From Phycisphaerales bacterium (lineage in GTDB: Bacteria; Planctomycetota; Phycisphaerae; SM23-33; FEN-1343), in NCBI GenBank assembly GCA_003171335.1, contig PMYD01000089.1:34958-98957 (forward strand): DNA of 64,000 bases. The letters are read 5' to 3'. The notes beneath the pieces were generated by a model. The model saw only the letters and a program-made list of their open reading frames with translations, searched no databases and was not told the origin of the DNA. A program made the translations under genes and the position numbers. Of this stretch, positions 59,888-64,000 are shown piece after piece (the stretch's first letter is position 1; every line of letters begins with the position of its first letter).

Positions 59888-61177
59888 TCATTCGCCTGAA
59901 AACGCGGTCCCCGCCAGGGCCCCGCTGGCGAAGGCCCAGTGCAGGTTGAAACCGCCGGTCGGGCCGTCCAGATCAAGAATTTCGCCGGCGAAGGCCAGGC
60001 GGCCGATGAGTCTGCTGGCCAGTGTGCGCGGGTCCACTTCCTTCAAGGCCACTCCGCCGGCGGTGACCATGGCGTGCTCAAAACCTTCCGTCCGCGTGAT
60101 GGTCAGCCGCGTCGCCGCCAGTCGCTGCGCCAAGTCATCCTGCACCGGCCGCGGCAGCCGCGCCGCCGGCGTATCGGCCGCCACACCGGCCTGCTCGCAC
60201 AAGGCATCGACCAGCGCCCGCGGCAACTGACGGGCCAGCAGCGTGCGGACTTGACTGGCTCCAGCGCTGACCCGCCACCGCTCCAGGATGGCCGCCGCCG
60301 ACTCCCCCGGCGCGATGCCGGATGAAGCCAGCGGAAGACTCAGCAGAACGGGCACGGGCGAGGCCTTTATCAGCAGCCGCGAGATGCGGCCAGAGAGGTT
60401 CAGCACGGCCGGGCCGGACAGGCCGCGATGCGTGAAAAGAATGTCGCCCCGGCTGGCCGCCTGGCGCTCGTGCGGCAGGTCGATGCGGAGCGTCGCTTCG
60501 GCAACGGACACGCCAGCCAGCTTGGCGGGCCACGTCTCCTGCGTCACCAGCGGCACCAGTGCGGGTACAGGTTCAACGATCGTGTGCCCCGCCTTCCGGG
60601 CCAGCTTCAGCCCGGCGCCCGTGCCGCCCAGGGCCGCATAGCTGCACCCGCCGGCGGCCAGAATGATGCCGTCCGCCGGCCAGTCCTGCCCGTTGGCACG
60701 AATTCCCCGCACCGCCGCCGGTCGATCCGACTCGTGCACAGCCGAGGGCGACTGTGCCACATCTAGAACAAGTTCGTCAACCGCCACCCCGCACCGAATC
60801 TCCACCCCCAGCCGCCGGCACTCGCGAACCAGTGCGGCCGTCACATCGCCGGCCCGCTGCGAGGCAGGGTAGACGTGCAGGCCGTCGGGGCTGACCGTCG
60901 GCACGCCTAATCCGGAGAGAAAATCACATAGTCCCTGCGCATCCATCGCCTCCAGCGCTGCCAGCGCGAATCGCCCCTGCCGGCCGTAAGCCGCTGCCAT
61001 CTCCTTGGCCGCCAGGCGGATCGTCACATTGCCGCGCCCGCCGCCGCACACGGATAGTTTTGCCCCGGGCCGGTCGAGCTGCTCCAGAACCAGGACCTTC
61101 GCCCCGGCGCGCGCGGCAACGATGGCGGCGGTGAGGCCGGCAGGACCGGCTCCTACGATAATGAGGCGCCTTGGCAT
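59888..61177 (-). CDS. HI0933/BaiN-family flavoprotein
   Basis: VGAGPAG, KL..CGGGRGNVT, LFTHRGLSGP, VTAGGV, GEILDLDGPTGGFNL..AFASG. Confidence 0.92.
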   Translation of the reverse strand: MPRRLIIVGAGPAGLTAAIVAARAGAKVLVLEQLDRPGAKLSVCGGGRGNVTIRLAAKEMAAAYGRQGRFALAALEAMDAQGLCDFLSGLGVPTVSPDGLHVYPASQRAGDVTAALVRECRRLGVEIRCGVAVDELVLDVAQSPSAVHESDRPAAVRGIRANGQDWPADGIILAAGGCSYAALGGTGAGLKLARKAGHTIVEPVPALVPLVTQETWPAKLAGVSVAEATLRIDLPHERQAASRGDILFTHRGLSGPAVLNLSGRISRLLIKASPVPVLLSLPLASSGIAPGESAAAILERWRVSAGASQVRTLLARQLPRALVDALCEQAGVAADTPAARLPRPVQDDLAQRLAATRLTITRTEGFEHAMVTAGGVALKEVDPRTLASRLIGRLAFAGEILDLDGPTGGFNLHWAFASGALAGTAFSGE

Positions 61178-61210
61178 GGTTTGATCGTCGCCTGTGCCCC
61201 AGAAACAGGC

Positions 61211-61245
61211 AAATTCCAAATTCCAAGATTTGGAATTTGGAATTT
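61211..61245. repeat. Collapsed heptamer inverted repeat without spacer
   Basis: aaattccaaattccaa-gat-ttggaatttggaattt. Confidence 0.8.
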
Positions 61246-61287
61246 CTTCTTCCCCTTCTGCATAATCCTTCAAAAGGAAGGAAACCC

Positions 61288-62370
61288 ATGCGAATTACCG
61301 AACCTTTTCACGGCGCCGTGCTGAACCACCACGACGGCCAGCAGACGAACGACAGCCTCACCATCGCCGTCCGCGGCGAAGCGCGGCTGAACGATCGCGT
61401 GATGATCAACGGCCAGCCGGCCACCCGCGTAGCGAATGAGTTTTTCGCCTCTGTCGCGCTGCGGCAGAAGGAGACGGACATCGTCGCCATCGCCGACGGC
61501 ACGCAGGGCCGAAGCGAACACCGCATTCGCGTGGTGTGGGACCGGTTCAGCCGCCGGCGCTACCGCGTCTCTATTGACGACAACAGCTACTTCCTGCGCG
61601 ATATCGCCCAAAAGAACTACAAGTCGCTCTTCGACTGCTTCTACCTGAAGATCCTGCGCGATCTGAATGCCAAGTACGGCACGAAGTACACGGTCAACTT
61701 GTTCTTCGAAACGCCCGATGCCGACTTCACGCTGGACACCTTCCCCGACCGGTACAAAGGCGAGTGGGCCGACAACGCCGACTGGCTGCGCCTGACCTTC
61801 CACGCCTGGCGCGAGTTCCCGCCCCGGCCGTACCAGTACGCCAACGCTGAAACACTGCTGCACGATCTGGACGGCGTGGCCCAGGAGATTCACCGCTTCG
61901 CCGGCGAAAAAGCCTGGTGCCCGCCGACGATCATCCACTGGGCGATGGTGCAGCCGGACTGCTTTGGCTCGCTGGCCACGCGCGGCGTGCGGGCCTTGAG
62001 CGCCCTGTCGATAAAGCTTTCCGGCGGCTGGGACCTCAACTACATGCTGGCCGATGCCCAGTGCGACTGGCTCAGCCGCCACGAAGCCCTGCGAGATTTC
62101 GGCTCGGGGATCACCTTCTCCAATTGCGACATCATTCTGAACGCCACGCCCATCGAGCGGGTCGTGCCCACGCTGGAAGCCTCCACGCGCTCGCCCCAGA
62201 CCTCTGACGTGCTGGACCTGCTAACGCACGAGCAGTATTTCTGGCCCTTCTACCACAACTACGTGCCCGATCACGCCCAACGGCTCGACACGGCCTTCGC
62301 TTGGGCGACTGAAAATGGCTACGAGCCCATCTTCTTCCACGAGGGGCTGCTGGGCGGGAAGGATTGGTAG
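61288..62370 (+). CDS. Hypothetical protein: Ig-like N-terminus, possible deacetylase-like barrel
   Basis: RBS aaaggaagg; SIDD, LTFH, IHW and THEQYF motifs. Confidence 0.65.
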   Translation: MRITEPFHGAVLNHHDGQQTNDSLTIAVRGEARLNDRVMINGQPATRVANEFFASVALRQKETDIVAIADGTQGRSEHRIRVVWDRFSRRRYRVSIDDNSYFLRDIAQKNYKSLFDCFYLKILRDLNAKYGTKYTVNLFFETPDADFTLDTFPDRYKGEWADNADWLRLTFHAWREFPPRPYQYANAETLLHDLDGVAQEIHRFAGEKAWCPPTIIHWAMVQPDCFGSLATRGVRALSALSIKLSGGWDLNYMLADAQCDWLSRHEALRDFGSGITFSNCDIILNATPIERVVPTLEASTRSPQTSDVLDLLTHEQYFWPFYHNYVPDHAQRLDTAFAWATENGYEPIFFHEGLLGGKDW

Positions 62371-62493
62371 CTGTCGGTCCCTGAAGCCTGAATCACTTAT
62401 ATCGAGATTTCAGCATCCGCCGAGCTGAGCCTTCGCCCACGGGCCATACAAAGGCCATCAACTGAGGAAATTCCTCCATCGCTGATGGCTCGG

Positions 62494-63024
62494 CTATTCA
62501 ATGAGCACGAGTCCAAAGTAATGCTGCACATCCTGGCGGCTGCGAACGACATCGATCGTAAAGCCATGCTTGCGAACCGTGGCGAACACGTCGATGCCGC
62601 AGGCCTCCATGGCAGGACGGGCCTGCTCGGCATGGCGGCAGCCTTTCTCGAAAGCGCACGTCGGGCACAGCATGCACGGGCCGGCGCCCAGGCCGAAGGC
62701 TTTGTAGTAACCTTCCAGGAAAAATTGCTTTTCCAACGCCACGGCGATCTGTTTGGGTTCGCCCCTGCCCGCCTCGAAGAGCACAGCCGTCTTGTACCCA
62801 TCCAGCACCGCCCGCGTCTGGCTGGGCGGCGGAGAATGCGGCGGGCACATCCGACTGGAGCCAAAGCCGTCGCAGCCGAACTGGCATTTCCAGCGAACCC
62901 ATTCGGCCGTCTCGACGGAACGAGGATCAATCACCTTGGCCGCCGCCGCCCCGGCCGCCAGGGCGGCGTCCACAAAGTGGCGGTCGTTGCCAGTCCGCTG
63001 GCCCGATGATCTTTTCGCCGGCAT
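62494..63024 (-). CDS. DUF2284 metal-binding protein
   Basis: WVRWKCQFGC..FG...CPP, GAGPC.LC..C, CRH...ARPAMEACGIDV. Confidence 0.85.
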   Translation of the reverse strand: MPAKRSSGQRTGNDRHFVDAALAAGAAAAKVIDPRSVETAEWVRWKCQFGCDGFGSSRMCPPHSPPPSQTRAVLDGYKTAVLFEAGRGEPKQIAVALEKQFFLEGYYKAFGLGAGPCMLCPTCAFEKGCRHAEQARPAMEACGIDVFATVRKHGFTIDVVRSRQDVQHYFGLVLIE

Positions 63025-63145
63025 GGAAATGCTCCTTCCCGACCGGTGAGATTCTAACAATTAGCACGGGCGTCTCGCCGCAAGAACGGCCCGTCGGCCG
63101 ACCTGCGGATGGGCGAGACGCCCGCGCCAGGGTACCTCTCTTTGC

Positions 63146-64000
63146 TTAGTGCGACGCTCCGACCAGGCCGCCGCCGCCGGCCGGCGCGGTGATGATGGTC
63201 GTCGTCCCTGTGCCGCGGGCGTCGCCGTAGAGCGTGCTGCCGTACATCTCGTAGTCGGCGCCGGCGCCAGCGCGGAAGTAGAGAACCTGGTTGAAGAAGT
63301 TCAGGATGCGGGTGCCGGTGGTATGCGGCACCCAGAGAATGTCACCCGCGGCCAGTTCCACGTCGGGGGCCTCGCCAGCGATGATCTTCTTCAGGTTCAG
63401 GTCCACGTGAACATCCTGCCCGTCGGTCCGGTGAATCAGCTCGCCCTTGCTGGGGAACAGGTACGGATGAAGGCCGCCGGCGGCCGCAATGGCCTGAAGA
63501 ATGGTCACGCGCGTGCCCGGCGGGTATTCCTGGCGGGCGGGCGCCACGACCAGGCCATAGACGAAGATCGCGTTGGGCCGGGCGCCTTCCACGGTGACGA
63601 TATCGCCATCCTCCAGCGGCTCGAGCATGAGCGCCTGCCGCAGCCCCTCGGGCTCGCGCAGGTCGTACGTCTGCGATCGCCCGCCCTGGCGGATCCGGCG
63701 CAGGTTGACGCGGCCGGAGGCATTGGCCACGGCCGTGACCGACACGGGACTGGTCGGTGCGGCGGCCACGGTCGCGCCCACGCCGCCGGCACTGGGCGTC
63801 GGCCCGCCGGCGCCGGCGATAGCGTGCAGAATGTCGCGGTTGCCGCGCTGCAAGGTCACCAGGCCCGGCGCGCCCACCGTGCCCAGGACGACCACGCTGG
63901 TGTATCTCGGCTCGACCATGCGAACCAGCACCAGGGCCTCGACCATGTAGGTGGGCACGTAGGTCTTGCGAATGGCGGCTTCGGCCTCTTCCAGCGTCAG
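63146..64000 (-). CDS. Polysaccharide export protein (Wza/SLBB domains), 5'-truncated
   Basis: V.VLG.V.APG, ILHAIAGAGG, LEDGDIV.V, LQAIAAAGG, LAAGDILWVP; frame runs off the window end. Confidence 0.8.
   Translation of the reverse strand: MTLEEAEAAIRKTYVPTYMVEALVLVRMVEPRYTSVVVLGTVGAPGLVTLQRGNRDILHAIAGAGGPTPSAGGVGATVAAAPTSPVSVTAVANASGRVNLRRIRQGGRSQTYDLREPEGLRQALMLEPLEDGDIVTVEGARPNAIFVYGLVVAPARQEYPPGTRVTILQAIAAAGGLHPYLFPSKGELIHRTDGQDVHVDLNLKKIIAGEAPDVELAAGDILWVPHTTGTRILNFFNQVLYFRAGAGADYEMYGSTLYGDARGTGTTTIITAPAGGGGLVGASH

Overview
GC-rich bacterial chromosome segment, most likely Planctomycetota (probably Phycisphaerae), judged from the PVC small basic protein, the HYExAFE protein, the second S1 paralog and the planctomycete-type dockerin tails. 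In order it carries: three tandem secreted multimodular enzymes (PKD-like repeats plus a dockerin-like tail); tRNA-Gln(CTG); cobA-hemD; hisS; cimA and leuA, each behind a leader-peptide attenuator and flanking valS; ligA; a folM-folB-folK-folE pterin operon; an ahbC-like radical SAM gene; mltA; a nested IS481/IS630/MITE/IS4 cluster; an rpsA-like gene; and assorted metabolic and signalling genes. Three unexplained signals stand out. (1) A ~435-bp array at 31869-32301 of 14 palindromes with a fixed 19-25 bp geometry, co-varying arms and centre-to-centre spacings of 21, 32-34 or 52-55 bp (whole helical turns), plus a solitary member at 37519-37545. (2) REP-like palindromes inserted in frame in four enzymes (PhnP-like, ValS, FolK, BaiN-like). 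(3) Inverted 7/8-mer tandem-repeat elements at gene junctions. Gene calls rest on recognised motifs only; no database searches were run.
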